From assembly GCA_965203515.1 (NCBI GenBank), contig OZ241907.1:1472001-1536000 (forward strand): a stretch of DNA of 64,000 bases, written 5' to 3'. Source of the DNA: Spirochaetia bacterium (GTDB lineage Bacteria > Spirochaetota > Spirochaetia > SZUA-6 > Bin103). Shown piece after piece: positions 19,396-29,068 of the stretch (the stretch's first letter is position 1; each line of letters begins with the position of its first letter). The position numbers and the translations under genes are program-made. The notes below the pieces were generated by a model. The model ran no database searches. It had not been told where the DNA came from and saw nothing but the letters and a program-made list of their open reading frames with translations.

Positions 19396-20301
19396 TTGGC
19401 CGAGGCACGGGCGCTGCGGCGGCGGAGCGCGGGAGCGGTCGTCTTCGACCTGGGCAATACGCTGCTCATGACGCTGTTCGCGCTGTCGATCCTGCTGCCG
19501 TTCTGGATCATGCTGGTGCTCTCCTTCACGCCCAACGAATGGGCCAACGACCTGGGTCTGAAGCTCTGGACCCGCGAGTGGAGCACGGCGACCTACCGGT
19601 TCGCCCTCTCCAGCTACGGCGACGTGGTGCAGGCGTACGGCAACTCCATCCTGCGCACGGTGCTGGGCACGGCCGCGATCCTGGCCGCCACGGTGGCGGC
19701 CGCCTATCCGCTGTCGAAGAAGCGGCTGCCGGGCCGGACCTTCATGACGGTCGTGATCCTGATCACCATGGTCTTTTCCGGCGGCTTCATCACCCTGTGG
19801 CTGGTGGTGCGCAGCGTGGGACTGCTCGACTCGCGCTGGGCGCTGATCCTGCCCAGCATGGCCAACGGCTTCTACATCCTGATCATGCGCAACTTCCTGA
19901 TGACCATCGACGACGCCTACGAGGAGGCGGCCTTGATCGATGGGGCCGGCTACCTGCAGATACTCACGCGCGTGGTGCTGCCGCTCTCCAAGCCGGTGCT
20001 GGCGGTGATCGCCCTGTGGGCGGCGGTGTTCTATTGGAACGAGTGGTTCCACGCCCTGATCTTCATCAACGACGAATCGAAGCTGGTGCTGCAGCTCATC
20101 CTGCGCCGCATGATGCGGCTGCTCACCTCCGACGATCTGTTCGACATGCTCGACTGGGCCGATCAGCAAGGCATCATCCTGCCGACCAAGGCGGTGCGCG
20201 CCGCGGTGATGATCCTGACCATCGGCCCGATCGTGCTGGCCTATCCGTTCCTGCAGCGCCACTTCGTCAAGGGCATCTTCGTGGGCGGGCTGAAGGGATA
20301 G
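19396..20301 (+). CDS. Carbohydrate ABC permease (LplC type)
   Basis: AYPLSK, FSGG, EEAALIDGA, LPLSKP, WNEWF, YPFLQRHFVKGI. Confidence 0.92.
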   Translation: MAEARALRRRSAGAVVFDLGNTLLMTLFALSILLPFWIMLVLSFTPNEWANDLGLKLWTREWSTATYRFALSSYGDVVQAYGNSILRTVLGTAAILAATVAAAYPLSKKRLPGRTFMTVVILITMVFSGGFITLWLVVRSVGLLDSRWALILPSMANGFYILIMRNFLMTIDDAYEEAALIDGAGYLQILTRVVLPLSKPVLAVIALWAAVFYWNEWFHALIFINDESKLVLQLILRRMMRLLTSDDLFDMLDWADQQGIILPTKAVRAAVMILTIGPIVLAYPFLQRHFVKGIFVGGLKG

Positions 20302-20391
20302 GCCAGGATGACGATGACGTATCCGTATACCGGCGCGTTGCCGCCGGTTTGCGCCGGACGGCGCAGAAAACACATTTCACAGGTGGTACGA

Positions 20392-22035
20392 ATGAAACGA
20401 GTACTATTCATGACTTGCGCCGCAGCGCTGCTGCTGGCTCCGATGGCGCTTTACGCCGAAGGCCAGGACGAAGCCGGCGCGGCCGAGGTGACCGAGATGA
20501 CGTGGATGAGCCAGTACACCGACTCCTACGCATTCAAGGACATGCAGGAGCGGTTCGGCGTCACGGTCACCAGCAACGGCATCTTCGAGAACGACGGCGA
20601 GAAGCGCAACCTGATGCTGGCCGCCGGCGAGCAGCCGGACTTCGGCAACTGGTGGGGCAATCCGGTCGAGTTCTATCAGGATGGAGTCAACCGGCCCATA
20701 CCCAAGGCGTGGGTCCGCGAATACGCGCCCAACATCGCCCAGATGTACGACGACTATCCGCTGGCCTGGAACACCTGGGAGAACCCCGACAATCCCGACG
20801 AGCTGCTGGCGATCAACGGCATCTCCCTCAACACCGACGGCAACCTGATGCTGCCGTTCTTTCGCTACGACCGCGCCGCCGAGGTCGGGCTGGAGATGCC
20901 CGGCTATGACGACGGCAAGGTCTCCCTCGACGTGCACGGCCGGGTCTTCTACTACGACTACGACATGACCTGGGCCGAGATGGGCGACCTGCTGCGCGGC
21001 TATCGCGATGTGCAGCCGGGCACGGTCGAGATCCCGCTGGGCGCCTGCAACCTCACCCACTGGTGCCTCAATCAGTGGCTGGGCGCGTTCGGCATTCGCG
21101 GCGACGGCACCAACCGTGAGGTCGACGGTCAGCTCTACTACTTCCATACCGACCCCGGCATGAAGGAGTTCATCAAGGCGTTCGGCGCGTGGTTCGAGGA
21201 GGGGCTGATCGACCGCGAGCTGCCGACCCTGAACCGCGACAAGTACTGGGAGAAGGGCCAGGCCGGCCTGTACGGCGTGCAGTCGGAGCCGTACACCAAC
21301 GCCGGTCAGACCTATGCCATGTACCGGACCCCCAACAACATGGTGCCGGCCGAGGAGCTGGGGCAGCCCGGCGCCGAGGTGGTCGGCATCCCGCCGATCA
21401 TCGGCCCCGGCGGCGAACGCGGCGGACGCGCCTACTCGCCGATCGCCGGCGTCGGCAACTACAAGTTCTACGCCAGCGCGTCGGTCGATGACGCCAAGCT
21501 GATCAGGATGCTGGAGATGTTGGACTTCTACATGGGCACCATGGAGGGGTGGATCATCTTCCGCAATGGCCAGGACGGCATCCACTTCGACTGGGACGGC
21601 GACCCGTACGAGTCGTTCGCCCGCAACCGGCCGGAGAGCGAGCTCCCCGCAGGGCAGGGCCACGGCGGCGTATCGGCCTACCCGGTCTTCTACACGCTGG
21701 ACCGGCTCAAGATCATCGCTCCCCGGCCGCTGGCCGACTTCCAGAGCGGCTACGCGCTGGTCGACGGCGGCGCCAACGTCTACACGTTGCGCGCGCACCG
21801 CGCCGACTTCTTCACCGAGACCGAGTACGAAGACCTGCGCCAGCGCTTCATGGCGACCTTGAACACGATGTGGGAGGAGTTCTTCTACCGGGGAATCACC
21901 GGCCAGATCGACGTCGACGCCGAATGGGACGCCTACGTCCAGGCGTGGAGCGACGCCGGCGGGGCGGACATCGTCGCCGAGCTCGCCAAGGCGCCGATCG
22001 TCAACGAGTTCCGGCAGGGCCGACGCGTCTACTGA
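20392..22035 (+). CDS. Carbohydrate ABC extracellular solute-binding protein
   Basis: Signal peptide then AEGQDE; NLMLAAGEQPD, EEGLID, ITGQIDVDAEWDAYV; follows permeases. Confidence 0.82.
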   Translation: MKRVLFMTCAAALLLAPMALYAEGQDEAGAAEVTEMTWMSQYTDSYAFKDMQERFGVTVTSNGIFENDGEKRNLMLAAGEQPDFGNWWGNPVEFYQDGVNRPIPKAWVREYAPNIAQMYDDYPLAWNTWENPDNPDELLAINGISLNTDGNLMLPFFRYDRAAEVGLEMPGYDDGKVSLDVHGRVFYYDYDMTWAEMGDLLRGYRDVQPGTVEIPLGACNLTHWCLNQWLGAFGIRGDGTNREVDGQLYYFHTDPGMKEFIKAFGAWFEEGLIDRELPTLNRDKYWEKGQAGLYGVQSEPYTNAGQTYAMYRTPNNMVPAEELGQPGAEVVGIPPIIGPGGERGGRAYSPIAGVGNYKFYASASVDDAKLIRMLEMLDFYMGTMEGWIIFRNGQDGIHFDWDGDPYESFARNRPESELPAGQGHGGVSAYPVFYTLDRLKIIAPRPLADFQSGYALVDGGANVYTLRAHRADFFTETEYEDLRQRFMATLNTMWEEFFYRGITGQIDVDAEWDAYVQAWSDAGGADIVAELAKAPIVNEFRQGRRVY

Positions 22036-22064
22036 TCCGATACCGTTCGGTTCTACCGGTTATA

Positions 22065-22091
22065 GAGGAGCGGCCGTATCGGCCGCTCCTC
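22065..22091 (+). terminator. Stem-loop, probable terminator
   Basis: GAGGAGCGGCCG-TAT-CGGCCGCTCCTC, perfect 12-bp stem after SBP stop. Confidence 0.7.
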
Positions 22092-22102
22092 GCTTCTATG
22101 CT

Positions 22103-22708
22103 GTGGGGCAAACGGTGAAAGCGCTCACGCGGTCAGGCAACCCTGAGTTCGCGGCGTTGCCGGCGCCCGACGGCGAGTGGACGGCGGAAGACTATCTCCG
22201 GCTGAGCGGCCGCACCAATCGGCTCATCGAGTTCACCTGCGGATGCATCGAGGTGCTGCCCATGCCGACCGACCAACACCAAGCCATGGTCGAGACCCTG
22301 TTCCTGCTGCTGCGCGCCTACGCGGCGCGGACGCACGGCAAGGCGCGCTTCGCCCCGTTGCGGCTCCGCATCGGCCCCGCACGGTACCGGGAGCCCGATA
22401 TTCTCTTCCTCCGCTCGGCGCAGGATCCGCGCCGTCAGGATCGCTTCTGGACCGGCGCCGATCTGGTGGCCGAGGTGGTGAGCCCCGACGATCCGGAGCG
22501 CGACCGCACCGCCAAGCGCTCCGAGTACGCCGCGGCGGGAATCCCGGAGTATTGGATCGTCGATCCGCTGGCGGCGTCGATCACGGTGCTGCGGCTCGAA
22601 GGCAGCGTCTACGTCGAGAACGGCCGCTTCCGGCGCGGGCAGACCGCCCGGTCCGCGCTGCTCGACGGGTTCCGTGCCGACGTGTCGGAGATCCTCGACG
22701 CCGAGTAG
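22103..22708 (+). CDS. Uma2 (DUF820) family endonuclease (start uncertain)
   Basis: WTAEDY, IEF, REPDI, ADLVAEVVSP, KRSEYAAAGIPEYWIVDP. Confidence 0.9.
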   Translation: MGQTVKALTRSGNPEFAALPAPDGEWTAEDYLRLSGRTNRLIEFTCGCIEVLPMPTDQHQAMVETLFLLLRAYAARTHGKARFAPLRLRIGPARYREPDILFLRSAQDPRRQDRFWTGADLVAEVVSPDDPERDRTAKRSEYAAAGIPEYWIVDPLAASITVLRLEGSVYVENGRFRRGQTARSALLDGFRADVSEILDAE

Positions 22709-22763
22709 CGAGTAGCGACGCCTCAGCCGTCAACGCCCGGTCCGGCCGACGGCGCCGACCGAG

Positions 22764-24284
22764 TCAGCTCAGCGTCACGCGCGCGTCGGCCAGCAGCGCC
22801 GGCCGCTCCGCGCCGGCGTCCAGCGTCACCTCGATCCGATTCTGGCCCGGCACGATCGCGGCCGGTTCGACCGGCGCGGTGAGCAGGTCGCCCTCACCCG
22901 CCTGCAGCGCCAGCGGCTGACCGTTGACGGCGGCGCCGATCCGCGCCGCCGCGGCGTTCCAGACCCGCAGCTCCACCGCGGCCGAGGTCGGCCCGGGTTC
23001 GGCGCGCGGGTCCTCTCCCACCGTCAGGTACTCCGCCACCGGCCGGCCCGGAAAGAGCTGCCGCGGGTGCTGCGGCGTGAGGGTCGGCACCCGCAGGAAG
23101 CGCTCGTGCGGAAAGCCGTCGCCGGCGATGCGCGCCACGCCGCGCACGCTCACGAAGTAGCGCCGTTCGGCGCCCCGAATCGTCTCCATCTCGCCGAGCT
23201 GCCGCAGGATCGGGCTGGCCGGATTGAAGAAGTTGTACAGGTAGACGCCGTCGGCGCCCGCGCGCCACACGTTGGCCGCGCGCGCCCGGTACGAAGCGTC
23301 GCTGCCGCGCGGAGTGGTGAAGGTGCCGGTCTTGACGTCGTGCGAGCCCGGCTCCTTCACGCGCGATTCGTCGAGCGCCGGATAGACCATGACGCCGTAG
23401 CGGCGCCCCAACTCGACCGAGGTCTCCCAGCGGTCGAGCTGCAGGTAGCCGGCGGGAATGAGCAGGTCGAGCAGGTCATCGGCCAGCCACCGCTCCAGGT
23501 CGAGTCCGATCGCCCGGCAGTAGGGGACCGAGTCCGGCAGGCGCGCCGCCACCAGGATCGGCCGGCCGCGGCGCTCGCCCACCTCCTCGGTCATGCGCCG
23601 GATGCGCCGCACCAGGCCGGTCATCAGGTCGCGCTCCACGCCGCTGCACGGAAAGCCGCGCGCCGGCTCGTGGAAGAAGACCGGATGCCGGTAGAAGTCG
23701 AGCTCGATGCCGTCCACGTCGTAGCCGCGGCAGACCTCCTCCACGAACCGGAAGGTGAGGTCGCGTATCTCCGGTTCGGCAAAGTCGACCGCCGACCAGC
23801 CGCCGTACCGGGGGCGCGTCTCCGGCGTGGCGAGCAGGTACTGCGGATTGGCCTGCTTGAAGTCGTTGGCGGCGAACATCTCGGCCGAGTAGCCGCCGCC
23901 CTGGCTGTCGTGCGTGTCGTTCATGCGCAGCGACCAGAAGAACTCCTTGCCCTGCGCGTGGATGAAGTCGTTCATCACCCGCAGCGGGTCGATGCCGGCC
24001 GCCGCCAACGCCCCCATCAGGTTGCGGTCGAACCACTCGCCTTCGACCGTGAAGAGCTGGCCCACCCTGGTGAGGTGGGTGAACATCGTGAAGCCCGAGC
24101 ACCACGTCGAGTAGAACACCGTGTCGACCTGGGAGTCGACCAGCGGCCCGGTCCGGTACTTGAGCAGTTCCGCTTCGGTCGGCGCCTCGATCAGGTAGAC
24201 CGGCTCGTTGCCGTCGTTGTTGAGGATGATGCGCCGGCGGCGGCGCTTGCGCGTCTCGCGCTCGGCCCGGAACGCGGCGGTCAC
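22764..24284 (-). CDS. GHL10-like putative glycoside hydrolase
   Basis: RIILNNDG, SLRMNDTHD, VDFAEPEIR, YDVDGIELDFYRHP, GADGVYLYNFF. Confidence 0.65.
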   Translation of the reverse strand: MTAAFRAERETRKRRRRRIILNNDGNEPVYLIEAPTEAELLKYRTGPLVDSQVDTVFYSTWCSGFTMFTHLTRVGQLFTVEGEWFDRNLMGALAAAGIDPLRVMNDFIHAQGKEFFWSLRMNDTHDSQGGGYSAEMFAANDFKQANPQYLLATPETRPRYGGWSAVDFAEPEIRDLTFRFVEEVCRGYDVDGIELDFYRHPVFFHEPARGFPCSGVERDLMTGLVRRIRRMTEEVGERRGRPILVAARLPDSVPYCRAIGLDLERWLADDLLDLLIPAGYLQLDRWETSVELGRRYGVMVYPALDESRVKEPGSHDVKTGTFTTPRGSDASYRARAANVWRAGADGVYLYNFFNPASPILRQLGEMETIRGAERRYFVSVRGVARIAGDGFPHERFLRVPTLTPQHPRQLFPGRPVAEYLTVGEDPRAEPGPTSAAVELRVWNAAAARIGAAVNGQPLALQAGEGDLLTAPVEPAAIVPGQNRIEVTLDAGAERPALLADARVTLS

Positions 24285-25654
24285 GCGCCCACCCTCGCGA
24301 TCGCCCGATCGGCCGCTCCGGGCCACAGGCCGAAGCCGGGCGGGTCGCCCGGGTCGCCGGCGCGCAGCGCGTCGGCGTGGGCGGCCACCTTGCGGAACGC
24401 CGCGGCGTACCGTTCGATCACCTCCGCCCGGTCGTGCTTGAACCAGGGGACGTGGAAGGTGCGCGCGTAGATGCCCTCCGCGACCGGCAGGCCGTCGGTC
24501 GGCTCACCGTTGGTCGGCGCGCCGCGGCCGTAGACGTCGAGGTCCCGGAACAGCGGGTGCAGGTGCAGCGGCAGGTTGATGCCGGCCCCCAGGCGCCCCA
24601 CCCCCTCGGCCTCCAGGGCGTCCAGAAACCGGGTCAGGGAGAGGCCGTCCAGTTCCTCGGCCGCGTACAGGCCGTGCGGATTGTACCAGCCGCCCATGGT
24701 GCTGCCGGTCGACTCGTCGACGCGGTGCGCGCGGAGGCCCGGGCAGCCGGCGAGCAGGTCCCAGAAGCGGTTCATGGCCGCCCTGATCTCGCGCCCGCGA
24801 TCGTCGAAGTGGCGGAGCTGGACGCGCGCGATCGCGGCGTTGAGTTGCTGCATGCGGTACTTGTAGCCGCCCAGCGGAACGCCGGCGGTGCGGCGCAGCT
24901 CGGGGTCGGTCAGTTCGCGCTGGCCGCGCGAGTAGTGGCCCCAGGCGAGGGCGCGCTCGTACATGTCGCGCTCCGCGGTCACCAGCACGCCGCCCTCCCC
25001 GGCCGGCAGCGCCTTGCCGCTCATCACCGACATGGCGGCCGCAGCGCCGAAGGTGCCTACCTTGCGCCCGCGGTAGAGCGCGCCGTGGGCGTGCGAGACG
25101 TCCTCCAGCACGGGGATGCCGCGCGGCTCGGTGATGGCGAGCACCGCGTCCATGTCGGTGGGGTGGCCGCAGTAATGGACCACGATCACGACCTTGGTGC
25201 GCGGCGTGAGGCGCCGCTCCAGGTCGGCGGGGTCGATGCAGAGCGTGTCCGCTTCGACGTCCGCAAAGCGGACCGCGGCGCCGAGCGACAGCGCCGGCGC
25301 CGCGGACGCCCAGTAGGTGGTGCTCTGGCAGACCACCTCATCCCCGGCGCGCACGCCCAGCGCGTAGAGCGCCGCCTGGATGGCGCCGGTGCCGGTGTTG
25401 TGGGCCAGGGCGTAGGCCGCGCCCTGCCAGGCGGCGAACTCGGCCTCGAACCGCCGGGTGACGTCGAAGCCCGACATGCGGCCGGAGTGCAGCACCGCCA
25501 GCACCGCCTGCTCGTCCTCTTCCGTGACGATCGGCCACGTGAACAGATCATCCGGCACCGAGCCGGCGGCGATCGCGGGCGGACCGCCCAGCAGCGCCGG
25601 CCGCTGCTCGACGACGCTATCGGTGCGGACCGTGCGGACCGGGGAAATCGGCAT
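24281..25654 (-). CDS. DegT/DnrJ/EryC1/StrS family PLP aminotransferase
   Basis: FEAEFA, GDEVV, VVHYCGHP, LEDVSHAHGA, SVMSGKALPAGEGG, GYKYRM. Confidence 0.9.
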   Translation of the reverse strand: MPISPVRTVRTDSVVEQRPALLGGPPAIAAGSVPDDLFTWPIVTEEDEQAVLAVLHSGRMSGFDVTRRFEAEFAAWQGAAYALAHNTGTGAIQAALYALGVRAGDEVVCQSTTYWASAAPALSLGAAVRFADVEADTLCIDPADLERRLTPRTKVVIVVHYCGHPTDMDAVLAITEPRGIPVLEDVSHAHGALYRGRKVGTFGAAAAMSVMSGKALPAGEGGVLVTAERDMYERALAWGHYSRGQRELTDPELRRTAGVPLGGYKYRMQQLNAAIARVQLRHFDDRGREIRAAMNRFWDLLAGCPGLRAHRVDESTGSTMGGWYNPHGLYAAEELDGLSLTRFLDALEAEGVGRLGAGINLPLHLHPLFRDLDVYGRGAPTNGEPTDGLPVAEGIYARTFHVPWFKHDRAEVIERYAAAFRKVAAHADALRAGDPGDPPGFGLWPGAADRAIARVGA

Positions 25655-25675
25655 CAGAACCTCCGCAACGATCGT

Positions 25676-25945
25676 ATGACGACGAACCGCGCCGCGCAAC
25701 CTCGGCGACTGCCTGGCGCGCATCGAGCACACCGACGATCGGTTCGTGTTGCTCAAGAACGGCAAACCGGTCGCCGAATTGGTTCCGGTTGGTTCGGCGG
25801 CAGGTTCGCGCACCGCCACGCTGCGGGAGGTCTGGGATGCACTCTCCAGCGTTCCCGTCGACGCGCGCTTCGCCGACGACCTGCAGGCGGTCAACTCCGC
25901 CGATCGGGTCTTGGACAACCCATGGGATTCGTCCTCGATACCGAG
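25676..25945 (+). pseudogene. Degraded Phd/YefM-type antitoxin plus first codons of a PIN toxin
   Basis: RNLGDCLARIEHTDDRFVLLKNGKPVAELVP; N-terminus out of frame; overlapping ATG at 25922 gives MGFVLDT, then toxin-like sequence stops. Confidence 0.65.
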
Positions 25946-25948
25946 CAG

Positions 25949-26115
25949 ACTTCGGCGGCGAAGGTATCGGCTCAGGCGGCGCCGCCGCCGGGAGACGAAG
26001 CCGCTTCGCCGCTAAAGGCGGACCGCGTCCCGGATCGCCCGCACTTCGGCAGCTACGCCGGCGGGCGACATCACTTCGGCGCCGAAGGCGCGGCGCCTCG
26101 GCCGGCAGGCTGCGA
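25949..26115 (+). repeat. Diverged copy of the internal repeat region of the HNH gene
   Basis: Aligns by eye with 27200-27378 (GAAGGTATCGGCTCAG, GAAGCCGCTTCGCC, GACCGCGTCCCGGA, GGCGGGCGACATCACTTCGGCG). Confidence 0.85.
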
Positions 26116-26258
26116 CGGGCGCAAAGTGGGCTGACGACACTCCGCGCTTTGTCTATTCTCCCCGTTTGCGCTGGTCCAACAAGCGAGAATCCCGCCATCT
26201 CCGCGCCTACGCGATCAGCTTCTGCCGAGACTTCCATCAGGAAACCGTTGCGGATAAC

Positions 26259-26287
26259 TTGACTCAAATACTTTCCATGAGTATACT
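26259..26287 (+). promoter_or_regulatory. Near-consensus sigma70 promoter; leaderless HNH transcript
   Basis: TTGACT-17 nt-TATACT, ATG 6 nt downstream, no SD. Confidence 0.75.
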
Positions 26288-26293
26288 TATTTC

Positions 26294-27730
26294 ATGAACG
26301 GCACTCGTTCCGACACCGCCCACGCAGCCATCACGACCACCGTTTCCGCCCTCTCCGACGACCGCCTGCTGGCGCGGACCAAGGAACTGTCCGGCATCGA
26401 ACACCACCTCGAAGTCGTCGTCATCGACCACCTGCGCGAGATCCAGAAGCGCCGTCTGTATCTGCGCCGCGGGTTCTCCAGCCTGTTCGATTACGCGGTG
26501 CGCGAACTCCGTTACAGCGACGCCGCCGCTTGGCGCCGCCTCAAGGCGATGCGCCTCTGCGCGGACATCGACGGCGTGCGCGAGCGCCTGCAGGACGGCT
26601 CGATGACGCTCAACGCGGCCGCGCAGTTGCAGAACGCCTTCGACCGGCAGGACCGCAACAGGGATGGCGCGGCGCGCAGCGCGGGCGGGGACGGGGACGC
26701 AGCGCGGTCGCAGGACGGCTCGGCGCTGGCGCTCGCTCCGGGACCGGCTCAGCCGGCGGAGCGGAAGCCGGCTCCGGTGCTGGACCGGTCGGCGCGGCGG
26801 GCGCTGGTGGAGCAGGCGGCCGGCAAGAGCAGCCGGCAGGTGATGCGGTTGCTGGCCGAGGTCGACCCGGAACTGGCGGTGCCGGCGGATCGGGTGCGCC
26901 CGCTGGGCGCCGGGCGCTGGGAGATCAAGGCGGTCATCGACCATGAGTGCCAGCGCGGCTTGGAGCGGCTCAAGGGCCTCCTGTCCCACGTCGATCCGCA
27001 CATGACGTTGGGGCAGATCATGGAGCGGCTGGTGCAGGAAGGGCTCGACCGCCACGATCCGGCCCGACCGCCGCGCGGGCGGCGCACCGGCGCCCGGGCC
27101 GCTGGTGCCGAGCGGACTTCGGCGGCGAAGACGCCGGCGGCCTCGGCTCGCGGCGCAACTTCGGCAGCGAAGCAGGAGGCCCGATCGGACAGCGCCGCTC
27201 CTTCGGCGGCGAAGGTATCGGCTCAGACGGCGGAGCAGCCGGCGGCGGAGCCGGGAGATGAAGCCGCTTCGCCACTGAAGGCAGACCGCGTCCCGGAACG
27301 CCCGGACACTTCGGCGGCGAAGACGGCGGGCGACATCACTTCGGCGGCGAAGACGCGGCGCCTCGGCCGGCCGGCTGCGGCGAGTGCGAAGCGGGCTGCG
27401 CCGCCGCCGCGGACCCAAACTTCGGCAGCGAAGGCGGGCGGCGGGACCGGCCGCGCCATCCCGGCGGCGGTCAAGCGCGCGGTCTGGCGGCGCGACCGGG
27501 GCCGCTGCAGCTACGTGGACCGCACCAGCGGGCGCCGCTGCGGCTCCCAACACCTGCTGCAGATCGATCACGTCGTGCCGTACGCCCAGGGCGGCGCCGC
27601 CGAGCCGAACAATCTCCGACTGCTGTGCGCCGCTCATCACCGCCACCGCCACGCAGGCGCCGGATTCGGCGGCCGACCCGGCGAGGATCGTCAGGCGCCG
27701 GATCGATCCAGTCGACGGAGCGCAGGCTGA
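26294..27730 (+). CDS. HNH endonuclease with helical N-terminal domain and repeat-containing linker
   Basis: N-terminal LSDDRLL..LYLRRGFSSLFDY; C-terminal RAIPAAVKRAVWRRDRGRC..C..IDHVVPYAQGG..NNLRLLCAAHH. Confidence 0.9.
   Translation: MNGTRSDTAHAAITTTVSALSDDRLLARTKELSGIEHHLEVVVIDHLREIQKRRLYLRRGFSSLFDYAVRELRYSDAAAWRRLKAMRLCADIDGVRERLQDGSMTLNAAAQLQNAFDRQDRNRDGAARSAGGDGDAARSQDGSALALAPGPAQPAERKPAPVLDRSARRALVEQAAGKSSRQVMRLLAEVDPELAVPADRVRPLGAGRWEIKAVIDHECQRGLERLKGLLSHVDPHMTLGQIMERLVQEGLDRHDPARPPRGRRTGARAAGAERTSAAKTPAASARGATSAAKQEARSDSAAPSAAKVSAQTAEQPAAEPGDEAASPLKADRVPERPDTSAAKTAGDITSAAKTRRLGRPAAASAKRAAPPPRTQTSAAKAGGGTGRAIPAAVKRAVWRRDRGRCSYVDRTSGRRCGSQHLLQIDHVVPYAQGGAAEPNNLRLLCAAHHRHRHAGAGFGGRPGEDRQAPDRSSRRSAG
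27116..27433. repeat. In-frame array of 15-nt palindromic units (A/C)CTTCG-N4-CGAAG
   Basis: Units at 27116, 27158, 27200, 27308, 27338, 27419; degenerate units at 27266, 27377; encode TSAAK. Confidence 0.85.
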
Positions 27731-27732
27731 AG

Positions 27733-28004
27733 ATGGATGCCGCCACCGGCCGCCCAGCGCCCGACCGCAGCGGACGAGCGGACGCGTCCGATACCCATCA
27801 CCACGGCAACGATTGGATAGAGACCAGTCTCGGCCACGTGATCGAACTGAAGCGTGGTTACGACCTCCGCGGCGGCGCGGAAAGCCGGCTCTGTTCCCGT
27901 CGTTTCGTCATCGGGGATTACCGACTGACTACCACTCGGAAAGCAAGGTGCCGGGGCCGGGCGTGGTAACGGGTCGATACGGCACGATCGGGCGCGTCTT
28001 CTAA
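27733..28004 (+). pseudogene. hsdS: Type I restriction-modification specificity subunit fragment
   Basis: WIETSLGHVIELKRGYDL in one frame, TDYHSESKVPGPGVVTGRYGTIGRVF in another, then TAA. Confidence 0.75.
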
Positions 28005-28105
28005 TCCCGGGCGAACTGCGCGTGGAGGATGCCGCCCGCGGGCTATCGGCGGCAGGAGCCGCTGACCGGTGATCCGCCGGCCCGTGGTGGTGTAGACTGG
28101 CGGCC

Positions 28106-29068
28106 ATGGGACACGACCTGCGCATCGGCATCATCGGCCTCGATTCGAGCCACACGGTGGAGTTCACGCGGCGCCTGCAGGCGCCCGACTGCCCGCCGGA
28201 CCAGCGGGTCGCGGGCGCCGCGGTGACGCGCTGCATGCGGTTCGAGACGCCCTTTCAGGACCGGGACGGGCTGGACGGCCGGCAGCGGGAGCTCGAACGC
28301 TGGGGCGTCGAGGTGACCGAGGACTTCGACGCCGCCGTCGCGGACGCCGATGCCCTGCTGCTCGAGATCAACGACCCGACCCTGCATCTGGAGTACGTGC
28401 AGCGCTGCGCCGGTCTGGGCGTGCCGCTGTTCCTCGACAAGCCGCTGGCGCAGGACCTGGCCGCCGGCCTGCGGATCGCCCGCCTGGCGGCCGAGCACGA
28501 CCTGCGGCTCTGCTCGGCGTCCTCCCTGCGGTTCGCGCCCGCGCTCAAGGATGCGTGCGCGGCCGTGCCGGCCCCCCGGCACGTGACTACCTACGGAGCC
28601 ATCAACCGCGCGCCCGCCGGCAGCTCGCTGGTCTGGTACGGCGTGCACTCGGTGGAGATGCTGGTCCGCGCCATCGGCCGCGGCGCGGCGACCGCCTCGA
28701 CCCATGTCTGCGGCGACGGCGCGATCGTCGTGGTCGAGTACGGGGACGGACGCACCGGCGTCGTCGAGCTGAGCGCCGGCAGCGGCTACGGCGGCGCGCT
28801 GCGCAACGGTTCCGACGCGGCCCCGTACACCGTGGAGATGGCGGGCGTCTACTCCGCCATGCTCACCGCGCTGGTGCCGTTCCTGGCCGGCGGTGAGGCG
28901 CCGGCGCCGCTGGAAGACGCGGTGGAAGTGATCGCCATCCTGGACGCCGCGGAGCGCTCCGCGCAGGCCGGCAGCGCCGCCGCGATGCCGGTCCGGCCGG
29001 CGCCGGACCGTCGGTCGGCGCCGGACCGTCGGTCGGCGCCGGACCGTCGGCCGGGTTCAGCCGCGTAG
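28106..29068 (+). CDS. Gfo/Idh/MocA family oxidoreductase
   Basis: IGIIGLDSSH, LFLDKPLA, SASSLRF, WYGVHSVEM. Confidence 0.88.
   Translation: MGHDLRIGIIGLDSSHTVEFTRRLQAPDCPPDQRVAGAAVTRCMRFETPFQDRDGLDGRQRELERWGVEVTEDFDAAVADADALLLEINDPTLHLEYVQRCAGLGVPLFLDKPLAQDLAAGLRIARLAAEHDLRLCSASSLRFAPALKDACAAVPAPRHVTTYGAINRAPAGSSLVWYGVHSVEMLVRAIGRGAATASTHVCGDGAIVVVEYGDGRTGVVELSAGSGYGGALRNGSDAAPYTVEMAGVYSAMLTALVPFLAGGEAPAPLEDAVEVIAILDAAERSAQAGSAAAMPVRPAPDRRSAPDRRSAPDRRPGSAA

Noticed and set aside
27116..27433. Canonical CRISPR array
   Set aside because: Repeats only 15 nt, spacing irregular, in frame within a CDS, no cas genes or leader; kept as a non-CRISPR finding
26294..27730. IscB/Cas9-like nuclease
   Set aside because: No PLMP or split RuvC motifs; HNH domain is C-terminal
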